42,945 nt of DNA from a virus (taxonomy: Duplodnaviria; Caudoviricetes): positions 1 through 42,945 of the IMG/VR virus record IMGVR_UViG_3300037311_000013, one strand, 5' to 3'. Position 1 is the stretch's first letter, and each line of letters opens with the position of its first letter. Both the position numbers and the translations under genes were made by a program. This document shows, in pieces, positions 16,497 to 26,484 of the stretch. The notes beneath the pieces are model-generated. The model saw nothing but the letters and a program-made list of their open reading frames with translations. It made no database searches and was not told where the DNA came from.

Positions 16497-18171
16497 TGAG
16501 CCGCTGGGCGATGTCGCGCTCCGCCCGGTGGGCGGCGAGGCGCTGCACGCCCACCCCGGCCGCCACCAGCGGGTTCGCGAAGGCGCCGGCCGCGATCGCC
16601 GCGGCGTCGGAGAGGGTCACGCTCTTCATAGCCGGCCGGCCGAATGCCTGCATGGCCGCGAGGTTCTCCGCCGTCGCCGACCCCATTGGCCCGACGTCCG
16701 GGGCATAGGCCATCTTCTCGCGATCCAGCGAGGACAGCACGGACTCCATCGTGTCGCGGGCGCCTTGCGTGAATGTCGGGTCGCCGAAGTCGTTGAACTC
16801 GTTGTCGGGCGACAGCGCGTTGCGGATCGAGCCGCGAGCCGACTGAAGCGACGGGTCGCCGCTCGACATCCGCGTCGCCACGCCCTCAGCGTCGCGCAGG
16901 ACACCACGCCCCGCTTCCGCCTGCGAGGCGCGCGTCATGTCGCGGCTGTAGGACTGCATCATGCCCCGCCAGTCGCCAGAGGCGAGGCGGTTCTGGATGC
17001 GGCGGTCGAGGGCGTTCTTGAACGGGAGGAGCGACTGCCTCACGAGGCGAGCCGTTGCGCGGTCGGAGCCCACTGTCTCGTTGATGACTTGGTTGATGCT
17101 CGTCATGCGGAACTTGTGGATCGCGTCGAGCTGCTTGCTCTCCGGGAGAGCGCGGATCTCGGCCCACTTCCGCTTCAGGTTGTCGAACACCTTCAGGACC
17201 GAATCGCTGCTGCCAGCCATCTTGTTCTGGTACATCGACAGCAGCGCCTTGACCTTGTCGTTCGGGTCGACGCCACCCGGCTGGAGCCGGAGGTTGCCGA
17301 AGTTCTGCTGCCACTGCTGGCTCGCCGGGCCGCGGATCGTCGACGGGTCGACGTCGAGCCCCTGACGAAGGGCGCCGAGGCGGGCCGCGTTGTTCGCTTC
17401 GAGCGTCGCCCGGAACGGAACGCCAGCTTCGCCGCCGCCTTCGCGCAGGGCGCGCTCTGCGGCCAGCATGGGGCGACTCTGGAGTAGCTGGCCGGTCGTC
17501 GGCATCACGCCGGGGATCTCGTTGGAGAGGCCCGAGCGGACGGCCGCCGACGCCGCGGCGGGATCGCCGGCCTCGCGCATGAACATCCGCTCGGCGAGCC
17601 GCTGACGAGGGCCCTCCGTGGATAGCCCCTGCCGCACGAAGAAGTCCCGCGTCGAGCCCAGCGCCGACCCGAGGCGGGGGCCGACGACGTCCATGACCTT
17701 CTGCCCAGCGGCGCCACCGGCAGCGCCAAGGGCGATGTTCTGGAGCTTCCCGGCGGCGAGGTTGTCGTTCTGGGTCGGCATGAGGCCGCCGAGGAGTCCG
17801 CCGCCGAGCGCCGCGCCGCGCATCCCGGCCCCGAAGGGCGCCGCGAGCGTCGGGAGGATGTTGCCGGCCACCTGAAGGGCCGAGCCGCCCGTCGTGGACT
17901 CGGCCAGCTCGGCGTCGATGAGCGCCTTCTCGCGCGCGTCTGCGCCGGAGGCCATGCCGAGCGACTGCCGTGCGCCCATGGCGAGGTCCATCATGCCGGC
18001 GCCGAGGTTCGCCGCGATCCGCTCGCCCGCCCCCATGCCGGAGGTCGCCGCGCCGACGTTCTCCTCGCGGTAGGCGTCCGCGAGCATCTGGCGCAGCTCC
18101 ATGTAGGCCGGCTCGTTGCCGTCGGCCTTGGCCGCCCGCATCGCCTGCTGGATTCGCTCGGCCTTCGTCAC
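16309..18171 (-). CDS. DNA ejection / internal virion protein
   Basis: Helical, Gly/Ala-rich hydrophobic segments (GAALGGGLLGGL); last of the ejection cluster; GTG start with GAGG SD. Confidence 0.7.
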   Translation of the reverse strand: MTKAERIQQAMRAAKADGNEPAYMELRQMLADAYREENVGAATSGMGAGERIAANLGAGMMDLAMGARQSLGMASGADAREKALIDAELAESTTGGSALQVAGNILPTLAAPFGAGMRGAALGGGLLGGLMPTQNDNLAAGKLQNIALGAAGGAAGQKVMDVVGPRLGSALGSTRDFFVRQGLSTEGPRQRLAERMFMREAGDPAAASAAVRSGLSNEIPGVMPTTGQLLQSRPMLAAERALREGGGEAGVPFRATLEANNAARLGALRQGLDVDPSTIRGPASQQWQQNFGNLRLQPGGVDPNDKVKALLSMYQNKMAGSSDSVLKVFDNLKRKWAEIRALPESKQLDAIHKFRMTSINQVINETVGSDRATARLVRQSLLPFKNALDRRIQNRLASGDWRGMMQSYSRDMTRASQAEAGRGVLRDAEGVATRMSSGDPSLQSARGSIRNALSPDNEFNDFGDPTFTQGARDTMESVLSSLDREKMAYAPDVGPMGSATAENLAAMQAFGRPAMKSVTLSDAAAIAAGAFANPLVAAGVGVQRLAAHRAERDIAQRLITLYRDPIEALRVLDRAAMPPAQKQKVAAALEALLQEGPRRLGVGAGAGAAMAMPPALLSAQ

Positions 18172-18175
18172 GGCG

Positions 18176-18547
18176 TCACCTCTTGAAGAGCCAGACGAGC
18201 ATAGCAACCGTCACGACGATCCAGAAGGCCCGGACTATCCGTGCTTCCGCGGAGGGCGTTGGAACGGAACCCCAGAGCGCCTTCCCGGCCTCCTTGCCGT
18301 GGTCGTCGTCGATCGCGTTGAGGAGCCAGTCGACCCAGCGGGCCATCTTGTAGCGCCGCCGGTTCTCGTAGCTGAAGCGCGACCACGAGACGACGGCGCC
18401 ACCCCAGAGGATGACGTGCGTGCCGTAGTTGAGCGCGTACAGCAGCCCGAAGAAGAGCGTGTTCCAGCCCTCGAAGAGCTTGATCTCGTCGAGCTTGCGG
18501 AAGCCCTTGAAGAACACCGCGACGTTGTGGCGGTAGTGCGGGAGCAT
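18176..18547 (-). CDS. Small membrane protein within the ejection cluster
   Basis: Hydrophobic segments; SRFSYENRRRYKMARWVDWLLNAIDDDH; TGATG coupling. Confidence 0.7.
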   Translation of the reverse strand: MLPHYRHNVAVFFKGFRKLDEIKLFEGWNTLFFGLLYALNYGTHVILWGGAVVSWSRFSYENRRRYKMARWVDWLLNAIDDDHGKEAGKALWGSVPTPSAEARIVRAFWIVVTVAMLVWLFKR

Positions 18548-19947
18548 CACTGCCCCACCGCGTTGAGGTAGTCGGTCGCGGACTTCCGCGGCGGCTGGTT
18601 CGGCTGGATCGACCACTGGGGCTGCGGAGCGCCCTGCCCGGTCGGCTGGGGGTTCGGCTGCACTGGCGCCGCCTGCGGGACGGCCGGGGCTGCGCCGGGC
18701 GCTGCGCGGGCTGCGCGAGCGGCGAGCTGGCGGCGCTGGTTCTCGAAGTCCTGCGCCATGAGCGCCTCGATCCGGTTGAGGTGGTTCTGGATCTTGGTGA
18801 GGTTGGACTTCAGGCGATCCGGGCTCTGCCGCTGGCTGAGAGAGGCCACCGTCGACGCGAGGAGCGTCAGCTCACGCTCCGTGATGCTGCCGAGCGCACC
18901 GCCCGTCGGGCTGTTCTGCCTCATGTTGTTGAGTTCGAGGAACGCGAGGTTGCCCTGCAACGTCTCGATGTCGCCCTTGAGGTCTTCGTAGGGCACGTTC
19001 ATCCCGGTCTTCTGGAGGAGTGTCGCAAGCGCGCCGGAGGTTGCGGGGCCGACGTCGCCGCTCGCCCGGGTGACGATCTCCGTGATGCCGGAGAGCTGGT
19101 TATTGAAGGCGCTCTCGCGAGCGTCGAGCTTTGCCAGCGTGTCGACAGCCTTGTCGCCCTGCGTGATCTCGGTCGCCGACGGCGGCTTCACGAACGTCTG
19201 GCTGCCGGAGCTGTTCGCGTCGACGAACACCGTCGCTGGCCGGCCGGTCACCGGGTCGATCGTCTCGACCGCCTTCATGGACGGCTTCGTCGGCGCCTCG
19301 TAGAACGGGACGCCGGTGTCTTCGAGCTGGCCGCTGCGCGTGTTGAAGCGCCAGAGATTGCCGTTCCCGCCCTTCTGGAGTTCGCCAGAGAACGGCGCCT
19401 TGCCGCCCGGGTCGGCGCCGGTGAGCCCGAGGTCACGAAGCGTCTTCGCCTGTGCCGCGCCCGTCTGCGCCATCGCGAGGTCATAGCTCGCCTGCGCCTG
19501 CGGCAGGCCGGCCTCCGCCTCGGCGATCTTCCGCTCGATGTCGCGGTAGTCTTCGAGCTGGTTGTTGAAGTTGTAGGCTGCCGAGCCGACGCCGTACAGC
19601 AGCGCCTCGGAGCCCGAGCCGCCGGCGAGCTTGCCGACAAGCGCGGGGAGGAGCGCGGAGCCGAGCGCGTACTGCCAGCCGCGCCCGCGCGGGTTCGGCG
19701 ACATCTCGCGCATCCGCTGCGACCACTGCTCGAAGGCGGGACGCACGGGCGAGGGCGGGCCCATGCCGAGGCCAGCGGCGATGCCCGGCGGCATCCCGCC
19801 GAACGGGCCCGGCTGTTGAGCCTGCGGCATCGGCGGGCCCTGCTGCGGGGAGCCGAGGACGCCCGCGGGAATGGGCGGCCCCTGCGGCGGCATCGTGCGG
19901 GAGTCGAGCATCGGCGGCGGCATCTGCATGAAGGCGGGGTATGGCAT
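18547..19947 (-). CDS. DNA ejection protein (P22 gp20-like position)
   Basis: Pro/Gln/Met-rich N-terminus; MRQNSPTGGALGSITERELTLL motif. Confidence 0.7.
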   Translation of the reverse strand: MPYPAFMQMPPPMLDSRTMPPQGPPIPAGVLGSPQQGPPMPQAQQPGPFGGMPPGIAAGLGMGPPSPVRPAFEQWSQRMREMSPNPRGRGWQYALGSALLPALVGKLAGGSGSEALLYGVGSAAYNFNNQLEDYRDIERKIAEAEAGLPQAQASYDLAMAQTGAAQAKTLRDLGLTGADPGGKAPFSGELQKGGNGNLWRFNTRSGQLEDTGVPFYEAPTKPSMKAVETIDPVTGRPATVFVDANSSGSQTFVKPPSATEITQGDKAVDTLAKLDARESAFNNQLSGITEIVTRASGDVGPATSGALATLLQKTGMNVPYEDLKGDIETLQGNLAFLELNNMRQNSPTGGALGSITERELTLLASTVASLSQRQSPDRLKSNLTKIQNHLNRIEALMAQDFENQRRQLAARAARAAPGAAPAVPQAAPVQPNPQPTGQGAPQPQWSIQPNQPPRKSATDYLNAVGQ

Positions 19948-19950
19948 GGC

Positions 19951-21702
19951 TCAGTAGCCTCCGAAGTTCATGAAGCCGCTTCGCAGCTCGTCGGGGTCGA
20001 ACGAGAGGATCTCCGGGATGACGGGGGTAGCCGCCGCGGGCTGCGGCTGGTACATCCGCCACTGCGGGAAGTCGAGCGCGATCCCGGGGCGCTTGGCGGA
20101 GAAACTCTCCAGCCACGCGCGCCACTCCGGGTCGCCGGACTGGACCGCCGTGTAGGCGTTGTACGCATTCTGCCCCGCCTGACCGAGGCCGCTGAAGCTG
20201 CCCCAGTCGCCGCCACCCGGCGCGAGCTGCCCAAACTGCGGATTGAAGCCGTACTCGCGCTGAAGGTAGAGCCCGGGCGCCCACTCGCCGCCGCCCTCGC
20301 CCTGCGCGAGCCAGCGGTCTTGCGGAAGCGTGTTGAGGTAGTCGACGAAGGACTGGCCGATTGCGTAGGGGGCTGCCTCGCCGAGCTTGCCGAAGTTCTG
20401 GAACGGAGTTTCCGGCCGGCCGCCGACGCCGCTCGTGGAGAGCCAGTCCTTCCACCCCGAGACGAAGTCCGCATCGGACTGGCCGGCGCCCTTCCACGGG
20501 TCGAAGATCCAGTCGGGGTTGCGATCGAGAACGTCGCCCCACAGGTTGCCGAGAACCTGCCCGGCCACTTCCTGCCCGACCTCGTTGTACCACTCGCGCT
20601 CCTGCTCGCGAGCGGTCGGATTCTTGTTCTGGCCGATCCGCAGCAGCTCGTTGAAGGCGCCCATGATCGCGCCGGCGGCTGGGTTGATGAAGCCGACGAT
20701 ACTGGAGAGAACCTCTCCCGGGTTGTCGCTCTTGATGCCATCGACGACGCCGGCGGCGTTGCCGATCCAGCTCAGGCCGCCCCCGCCGCCACCCCCGCCG
20801 CCGCCCCCGTTGGGGGTGCCGCCAGTCTCTCCGGGCATGAACTGCGGGATGTTCCCCGTGGAACCTCCGCCAATAAGCCCGCCGATCGGGCCAAACTCGG
20901 TGAGGTCTGGCTTGAAGTCGATGGAGTCCGGCCGATCCCACGCGCGATCGGGAATATCAATACCGAAGCCCCAGTCGGTCGGCGGCAGGGGCGGGGGCGG
21001 CGTTGTCGGCTGGCCGTTGCCACCGCCGCCACCGGAACCGCCAGAGCCGCCCGCGCCGCCCGCGCCGCCGTCGCCGGTGTCCTGCCAGCCCGGCGGGAAC
21101 TGGTTCTCGTAGGCTTGCACCGCGGCCTCGTACTCGGCGAGCTGGCGGTTGTAGTCGTCGATGGCGGCTTGATCGGGCGTGCCGATCCCGCGCAGGACGC
21201 CGATCTCACGCTCAAGAGCTGCCTTCGCTGCCGGGTCGCTCTCGGCCTGCGCCACGGCCTCCAGCTCGCGGATGATCTGGTACTGGCCCCACCCGGTCGG
21301 CGCCGAGGGGGCGGTCGGCGGCGGCGGCGCGCCCTGCGGCTGCTCCGGCGGCAACCGGCCGGCGCCCTGCCGCCCGGCCGCGTTGATGATGCCGATGATG
21401 GCCTCCCAGTCGTAGTCCCCGCCCTGATCCCGCGGGGCCGTGCCGGTGTAGCCGTAGCCGCGCAGGATCGAGTCGACGCGCCCCTGCGCGCTACCGAGGC
21501 CGCTGCCACTCGAAGTACCGCCACCCGCGCCCTGACCGCTCCCGGGGCCCTGTCCGGCCCCCTGCGGGCTCTGCGGCTGTCTGGCGAAAGACAGGATGTC
21601 GGGCAGGGCGCCCATGGAGTCGCCGCCCTCGCCCCACGGGACGGCGATCGGGTCGAACCCCCGATACCACGCCGGCGAGCTGAGCGGGGTGAGGCCGCGC
21701 AT
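19951..21702 (-). CDS. Gly-rich internal virion / ejection protein
   Basis: TGATG-coupled ATG at 21702; poly-Gly linkers. Confidence 0.65.
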   Translation of the reverse strand: MRGLTPLSSPAWYRGFDPIAVPWGEGGDSMGALPDILSFARQPQSPQGAGQGPGSGQGAGGGTSSGSGLGSAQGRVDSILRGYGYTGTAPRDQGGDYDWEAIIGIINAAGRQGAGRLPPEQPQGAPPPPTAPSAPTGWGQYQIIRELEAVAQAESDPAAKAALEREIGVLRGIGTPDQAAIDDYNRQLAEYEAAVQAYENQFPPGWQDTGDGGAGGAGGSGGSGGGGGNGQPTTPPPPLPPTDWGFGIDIPDRAWDRPDSIDFKPDLTEFGPIGGLIGGGSTGNIPQFMPGETGGTPNGGGGGGGGGGGLSWIGNAAGVVDGIKSDNPGEVLSSIVGFINPAAGAIMGAFNELLRIGQNKNPTAREQEREWYNEVGQEVAGQVLGNLWGDVLDRNPDWIFDPWKGAGQSDADFVSGWKDWLSTSGVGGRPETPFQNFGKLGEAAPYAIGQSFVDYLNTLPQDRWLAQGEGGGEWAPGLYLQREYGFNPQFGQLAPGGGDWGSFSGLGQAGQNAYNAYTAVQSGDPEWRAWLESFSAKRPGIALDFPQWRMYQPQPAAATPVIPEILSFDPDELRSGFMNFGGY

Positions 21703-22736
21703 CACCCGCTCCCGAAGATTCCGCCGAGCCCGGGGATCTTCCCGAGGATGTCGCCGATCTTGCCCGGCGTGCCCGGCTGGCCGTTGACGCCCGGCGTGCC
21801 GAAGAGCCACTCGCCCGCCTTGCCGCCGCCGGCGGCGAGGATCGGCCCGAGCCCCTGAAGCAGGTAGGCCGGGAGCATATCCTGCGAGCTGGTGCGCTGC
21901 TGAAGGCTGCCAGCGAGCGGGTTGATGTAGGAGCCGTAGGACTTCGCCAGCTCCCACGGGGCCATGAACTGCGCCATCTGGCCCTGAAGCTGCTGGTTCT
22001 GGAGCCCCTGACCCTGCGTGCCCCAGTTGAACGTGTCCTGCGCACCCTGCTGGCCGATGCCGTAGCCCTGCCCGAGGAAGCCGAGGCCCATCTGCCCCAT
22101 GTTGAAGAGGTTCTGAGCTGCCGCCTGCTGAAGCGCCATGTCGGACTGCGCGGCTTGGTTCGCGAAGCCAAGCCCCTGCGAGTAAGCGCCGCCGCGCATC
22201 TGCGCGCCTACGTCGGCCGCCCGGTCGGCGTAGCCACGGTTCGCGATCGCGCTCATGACGGCTTCCTGTGAGCCGCCGGCCTGCCCCGCCATGTTCGCCC
22301 CCATGCGGATGCCCGGGAGCATCTGCTCGGTGAGCTGGCGGTAGGGGTCACGAAGCGCCGCCGTGACCATCGAGTCCATGTAGGGGTTGTTCGCGACGTT
22401 CTCGGCGATGCCGAGGTACTGCTGCGGGTTGGTGACCCACGGGTTCATGCCGCCGGCGAGCGCGGAGCCGAAGTAGCCGAAGCCCTGCTGCATCCCCGGG
22501 AGGAGGCCCTGCCCCTGCTGCTGGTAGGCGTTGGCGATGCCGCCAGCGCCGCCGGCCGCCGCCGCGCCCTGCTGGATGCCCTGCGTCTGGAGCGGGTCGA
22601 TCGGCGCGGTGTACGGCCCGCCCCACGGCCCCTGCTGGAGGAGGTTCTGGATGTAGTTGACGCCGCCGAGCGTGGGCTGCTGGAGCGGCCCCCACGGGGT
22701 TCCGGTGGTCGTGCTTTCGTTGTCGAAGAGTCCCAT
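21702..22736 (-). CDS. DNA transfer / pilot protein (P22 gp7-like position)
   Basis: Q/G/A/M-rich; TTTGTPW, NPYMD, GGSQEAV motifs. Confidence 0.7.
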   Translation of the reverse strand: MGLFDNESTTTGTPWGPLQQPTLGGVNYIQNLLQQGPWGGPYTAPIDPLQTQGIQQGAAAAGGAGGIANAYQQQGQGLLPGMQQGFGYFGSALAGGMNPWVTNPQQYLGIAENVANNPYMDSMVTAALRDPYRQLTEQMLPGIRMGANMAGQAGGSQEAVMSAIANRGYADRAADVGAQMRGGAYSQGLGFANQAAQSDMALQQAAAQNLFNMGQMGLGFLGQGYGIGQQGAQDTFNWGTQGQGLQNQQLQGQMAQFMAPWELAKSYGSYINPLAGSLQQRTSSQDMLPAYLLQGLGPILAAGGGKAGEWLFGTPGVNGQPGTPGKIGDILGKIPGLGGIFGSG

Positions 22737-22743
22737 GGCGACC

Positions 22744-23007
22744 TCAGTTGTCGATGCGGAGCGCCCGGTAGCCGACGCCGGCTGAGTCAACAGGCCCTAT
22801 CTTGACCCGCGACAGGCTCACGCTGCCAGTGCGATTGACGTACAGAAGCAGCCCCGCCTCGCCCGCGGTTCCGTGCTGCCCGCTGCCGGCCTGCTCGATG
22901 TCGCGCGCGAAGGCCGCGGCGATCTTGTCGAGTTCCATCTGGAGGAAGCGGCGCAGGCTTTCGAGGTCGGCCGGCGCCGCGCGCGCGGGCGTGTAGGGGC
23001 GAATCAC
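22744..23007 (-). CDS. Small virion protein after the tail hub
   Basis: GTGA coupling; YTP...LRRFLQMELDKIAAAF. Confidence 0.65.
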   Translation of the reverse strand: MIRPYTPARAAPADLESLRRFLQMELDKIAAAFARDIEQAGSGQHGTAGEAGLLLYVNRTGSVSLSRVKIGPVDSAGVGYRALRIDN

Positions 23008-24665
23008 CGGAGCCCTTCCTGTTGGAGCGAGAGGTCGATGGTCGCGATCTTCCACGCGCCCGACTTCGGCTCGACCCAGTTGCCGGCGCGCCAGTGGAAG
23101 TACCTGCCGGTCAGGCGCACGTCGACCTTCTCCCGGCGCAGCTCCGCGCCCAGCTCGACGGTCCTGACCTTCCCCCAGCGCGGCGGGTCGCGCGGCGAGT
23201 TCGAGATGCCGAACTGGATGTCGAGCGTGCCGTCCCCGCAGGCTTGGAAATACACGGCGTCGAGGTACTTGATCTGGCCGGAGTTGCCGGTCAGCTCGTC
23301 GAGGTCGATCGTCACGCGCTCGACCCATGCGAGGTAGTCCTCGGCGTTGTCGCCGTCGTCCCAGATGAGGTCGTCAACGCCGTCGATCGCGATGTCGTCC
23401 ATGGCATCCGCGGCGGCGAGCGTCTCTTCACCGTAAGCCTTCGTGAAGGCCGGCCCGCGGACATCGACGGCGCGGGCGCGGAGCTGAAGCAGCTTGGTGC
23501 TGCGGTCAGTCCGCGCGAGCTGCGCCCACGTCTGGTTGACGGAGTCCCATGGGAGGGAGACGCCCGACCACAGCGCGCCTTGAGCCGGGCCGACGCCCTG
23601 CACGATGCGCCGCACGCCGACGCCGATCGAGGCGAAAGTCCACGTCTTGTCGATCCAGTTGTAGACGAGGAGCCTGTTCGGAACCGAGCCGGTGGTCGGG
23701 TAGTAGACGAGGATCTCGTGATTCTCCTCATCCTTCGTGACGAACACAGCAGCCGGATCGGACAGCTCGCCGAAGAAGCGATTCTCGACGAAGTCGTCGT
23801 CGGGGCGCGTCACCTGTGAGCCGTCGTGAATGTAGACCGCGCGCTCGCCGACGACGAAGTGGAAGTTCTCGAACTGGCACCATGCGTCGCGGTTGATGAG
23901 GCCGACGTCCAGCACACGACGCGCCGCCATGACGAACGCGCCGCCGACGTACTCCAGCGCCACGCACGCATAACGCTGGTAGATCATGAAGCGGTCGTTG
24001 AGGATGCCGCCGTCGACGATTGCGCCGTCCTTCGACTGGAGCGGGAACCGGCGAGCGAGCTTCGTCGGGTCGGCATAGTCCCAGCTCGTCGGGAAAGCCT
24101 CCGGGCTGCCTTGATCGGAGATGAAGGCGGTGTAGGGGCTGCCGTCGACGCCCAGCGCGATGAGGTGGTTTTGGAAGCTGCGGACGCTCTGCACGGCGCC
24201 CGACGGAGACGTCGCCGCACCCCAGCCGGGGATCTCCCGGAACGTCCACGTTGGCGTCGCGAAGGCGCTTGAGTAGTACGGGATTCCCACCCGGTTGTTC
24301 ATGATGCAGAAGCCGCCGAAGACGTCCGACTGCCATCCCGTGCATGGCGCGACGACGGAAGCGGCTCCCACTTGGTTGAGGATCGTCGCCGTGACGATGT
24401 TGATGCCGTCGATCGTCGTGCTGATCTCGTCAGCGGCACCGAAGGCGATCGAGACGGTGTCGTCGTCCTCCCACGGCTGCATCCAGAGCTGGTCCTTCGC
24501 GAAGCCGGTGATGACCGGAAGCCAGCCCGGCATCTTCCGCGCGCAGCCATCCCGGAAGCTGACGTTGTCGGCCGCCGTGAAGGCGTTCGGCGGGATCTCC
24601 GACGGCGGGAAGTCGTCCGTCGCGCGGACGCCAACCGACCCCAGCTTGGGGATGCGGATGAGCAT
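23004..24665 (-). CDS. Tail hub/nozzle (P22 gp10 / tail tubular B-like)
   Basis: Beta-rich ~553-aa protein; TAATG-coupled start; ends VDVRLTGRY...QEGLR. Confidence 0.75.
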   Translation of the reverse strand: MLIRIPKLGSVGVRATDDFPPSEIPPNAFTAADNVSFRDGCARKMPGWLPVITGFAKDQLWMQPWEDDDTVSIAFGAADEISTTIDGINIVTATILNQVGAASVVAPCTGWQSDVFGGFCIMNNRVGIPYYSSAFATPTWTFREIPGWGAATSPSGAVQSVRSFQNHLIALGVDGSPYTAFISDQGSPEAFPTSWDYADPTKLARRFPLQSKDGAIVDGGILNDRFMIYQRYACVALEYVGGAFVMAARRVLDVGLINRDAWCQFENFHFVVGERAVYIHDGSQVTRPDDDFVENRFFGELSDPAAVFVTKDEENHEILVYYPTTGSVPNRLLVYNWIDKTWTFASIGVGVRRIVQGVGPAQGALWSGVSLPWDSVNQTWAQLARTDRSTKLLQLRARAVDVRGPAFTKAYGEETLAAADAMDDIAIDGVDDLIWDDGDNAEDYLAWVERVTIDLDELTGNSGQIKYLDAVYFQACGDGTLDIQFGISNSPRDPPRWGKVRTVELGAELRREKVDVRLTGRYFHWRAGNWVEPKSGAWKIATIDLSLQQEGLR

Positions 24666-25411
24666 TACGCGATTCGCTCGACCCGTAGCGATGCATTCGT
24701 GACCAGCGTTCCGCCGGCGGTGCCGCCCGAGAAACAGAGGGACAGGGCGTCGCCGGCGGTCAGCGAGATGAAGCCCATGCCGACGCCGCCAGAGAGGGCG
24801 CCGGCGGCCAGCGAGATGATCGCCGCGCCGGACTCGGTGATGGACACCGCGCCGTTCTTGCGAAGGTAGGCGTTCGTGAGCCCGCCAGACGTCCCAGCGG
24901 CAAGGGCGGCGACGCTCCAGTCGACGCGATACACGCCCGCCGCGCCGACGGTGATGTCGTAGTCTGTCACCGCATCGAGCGTGGTTCCGACCGGGCCAGC
25001 GACGGCCGTGTTGAGCGGGATGACGACGGTTCCGCCGGTGGGGATGACGTTCTGCGAGATCGCGAGCATCGCCCCGTAAGCCGGGGGTGGGATGGTGGCC
25101 GCATAGGCGGCAACGGCCGCGGAGGCTGCGGCAGTGGCGATCGCGGTCGCCTCGTTGACGTTCGCGATCGACCAGCCGTTCTTCGTTGGGTTCCCAGTGA
25201 ATGACCATGGGCCGGTGATCGTCTCGGCCGCCGACTTCCCCGGGGTGTCGTTGAGCTGCGGGGCCGACCTCGTGCAGACGTCGTTGCCGGGCGTGAAGTT
25301 CGGGAAGCTCGCGCGGATCTCGGTCTTGATCCCCTTCAGCTCGGACGGGCCGGAGGTGCCGACAACTTCGCCGCCGCTGGGGGTCGCCGTGTTGAGTGAG
25401 CCGATCGGCAT
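24665..25411 (-). CDS. Tail needle / short fibre with C1q/TNF-like C-terminal knob
   Basis: ELKGIKTEIRASFPN anchor, Ala-rich stalk, ITVGAAGVYRVDWSV knob. Confidence 0.6.
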   Translation of the reverse strand: MPIGSLNTATPSGGEVVGTSGPSELKGIKTEIRASFPNFTPGNDVCTRSAPQLNDTPGKSAAETITGPWSFTGNPTKNGWSIANVNEATAIATAAASAAVAAYAATIPPPAYGAMLAISQNVIPTGGTVVIPLNTAVAGPVGTTLDAVTDYDITVGAAGVYRVDWSVAALAAGTSGGLTNAYLRKNGAVSITESGAAIISLAAGALSGGVGMGFISLTAGDALSLCFSGGTAGGTLVTNASLRVERIA

Positions 25412-25415
25412 GACG

Positions 25416-26072
25416 TCACCTGTAGGGCGAGCGCGTCACGAGCGTCCCGCCCGAGACTTCGCTGCGCCGGCTGTTGCCGTTGAGGGAAGTGATGTAGGCG
25501 TCGAGCTTGCCGCGCCACGGGCCGCGGTCTGGCTCCTTGACCTTGAGCCAGCTCTCCGCCTCCACGAGCGCCGCCGAGAGGTAGACGTCCGGGAAGGCTT
25601 GGAACAGCCGCGCCGTCGCCGCGTTGTCGTCGGAGAGCGCCGGGAGCTTGTGGTAGTAGCTCACGTCGATCGCCCAGTTGCCCGCGGGGTAGATGGCCCA
25701 GCTCGCGCCGTCCGGCGTCTCCGCGTAGTTGGCGGGGTAGCCCGGATAAGAGCCGCTCTGGTAGCCGGCGAGGGCTTGGAAGGACACCGGCACCATCGGC
25801 GGCTGCGGGCTCGCCACGAGCGTCGCCACGTCGAGCCCGTCCCACGTCCCCACCGGCTGCACGATCCGCAGCTCGGTGTAGTCGTCGGGGATGGTGATGA
25901 GCCCGTTCGAGACGAAGAACCGGGTCGTCTTCGAGTTGTAGCGGCAGCGGAGGTAGAGGTCGAGCTGAAGCTCGCCGAGGCGGACGAACTTGCCGAGGTC
26001 CGCGTCGTCGATGTCGTCGCGATTCAGCCAGCCCGCGACGTCGGCCTTGAGTTCGGTGAGGTTCGCCGGCAT
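25416..26072 (-). CDS. Head-to-tail adaptor (P22 gp4 / tail tubular A-like)
   Basis: ELKADVAGWLNRDD...FVRLGE...IPDDY...FPDVYLSAALVEA. Confidence 0.8.
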   Translation of the reverse strand: MPANLTELKADVAGWLNRDDIDDADLGKFVRLGELQLDLYLRCRYNSKTTRFFVSNGLITIPDDYTELRIVQPVGTWDGLDVATLVASPQPPMVPVSFQALAGYQSGSYPGYPANYAETPDGASWAIYPAGNWAIDVSYYHKLPALSDDNAATARLFQAFPDVYLSAALVEAESWLKVKEPDRGPWRGKLDAYITSLNGNSRRSEVSGGTLVTRSPYR

Positions 26073-26073
26073 C

Positions 26074-26445
26074 TCACGGCGCCAGCGAGAGCGTGCCCGG
26101 CGCGAAGCGGATCTTCTCGCGCTTCGGCGCGCGATAGACCTTCTTCTGCGTCGTCAGCAGCGCGGGGTATTCGGTCTGGAGGATCTGCCAGAAGCGCTTC
26201 TCTTGATCCGGGCGGATCTTGAGTGCGTCGATGCCATGGCGCTGTTTGATCGACATCACCACGGTCATTGGCAGCTTGGCCTGCGGGCGGATCTCCGCCT
26301 TCTTGTTGAGGCGGTCTGCTTCGAGCTTGCGCTGAAGCTCGGCGGCGCGGATGGCGGGGCCTGCGTCCTGCGCGACAGTAAGCCGGAAACCAACCTTGCC
26401 CGGGCCATCGTTGTCTACGACGGCATTCCATGCGATCCCGGTCAT
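26074..26445 (-). CDS. Hypothetical protein downstream of the capsid gene
   Basis: Fits between capsid and adaptor; AKLPMTVV...HGID. Confidence 0.7.
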   Translation of the reverse strand: MTGIAWNAVVDNDGPGKVGFRLTVAQDAGPAIRAAELQRKLEADRLNKKAEIRPQAKLPMTVVMSIKQRHGIDALKIRPDQEKRFWQILQTEYPALLTTQKKVYRAPKREKIRFAPGTLSLAP

Positions 26446-26452
26446 GGGAACA

Positions 26453-26474
26453 CCCCCGGGGTTTCCCCCGGGGG
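26453..26474 (-). terminator. GAAA-tetraloop hairpin after the major capsid gene (weak terminator or stabiliser)
   Basis: CCCCCGGGG-GAAA-CCCCGGGGG just after the stop; poor U-tract. Confidence 0.55.
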
Positions 26475-26484
26475 CTCCTTCAGC

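Noticed and set aside
20778-21070. GCC/CCG-rich repeats as a regulatory or mobile feature
   Set aside because: They are explained by poly-Gly and poly-Pro linkers in the ejection protein.
18781-21858. 1025-aa plus-strand ORF (and similar ones at 25990-27660, 27666-28934, 4690-5985, and minus-strand 6978-8366)
   Set aside because: These are antisense shadows of high-GC3 genes: R/A/G/L-rich with no motifs, while the opposite strand has clear phage genes.
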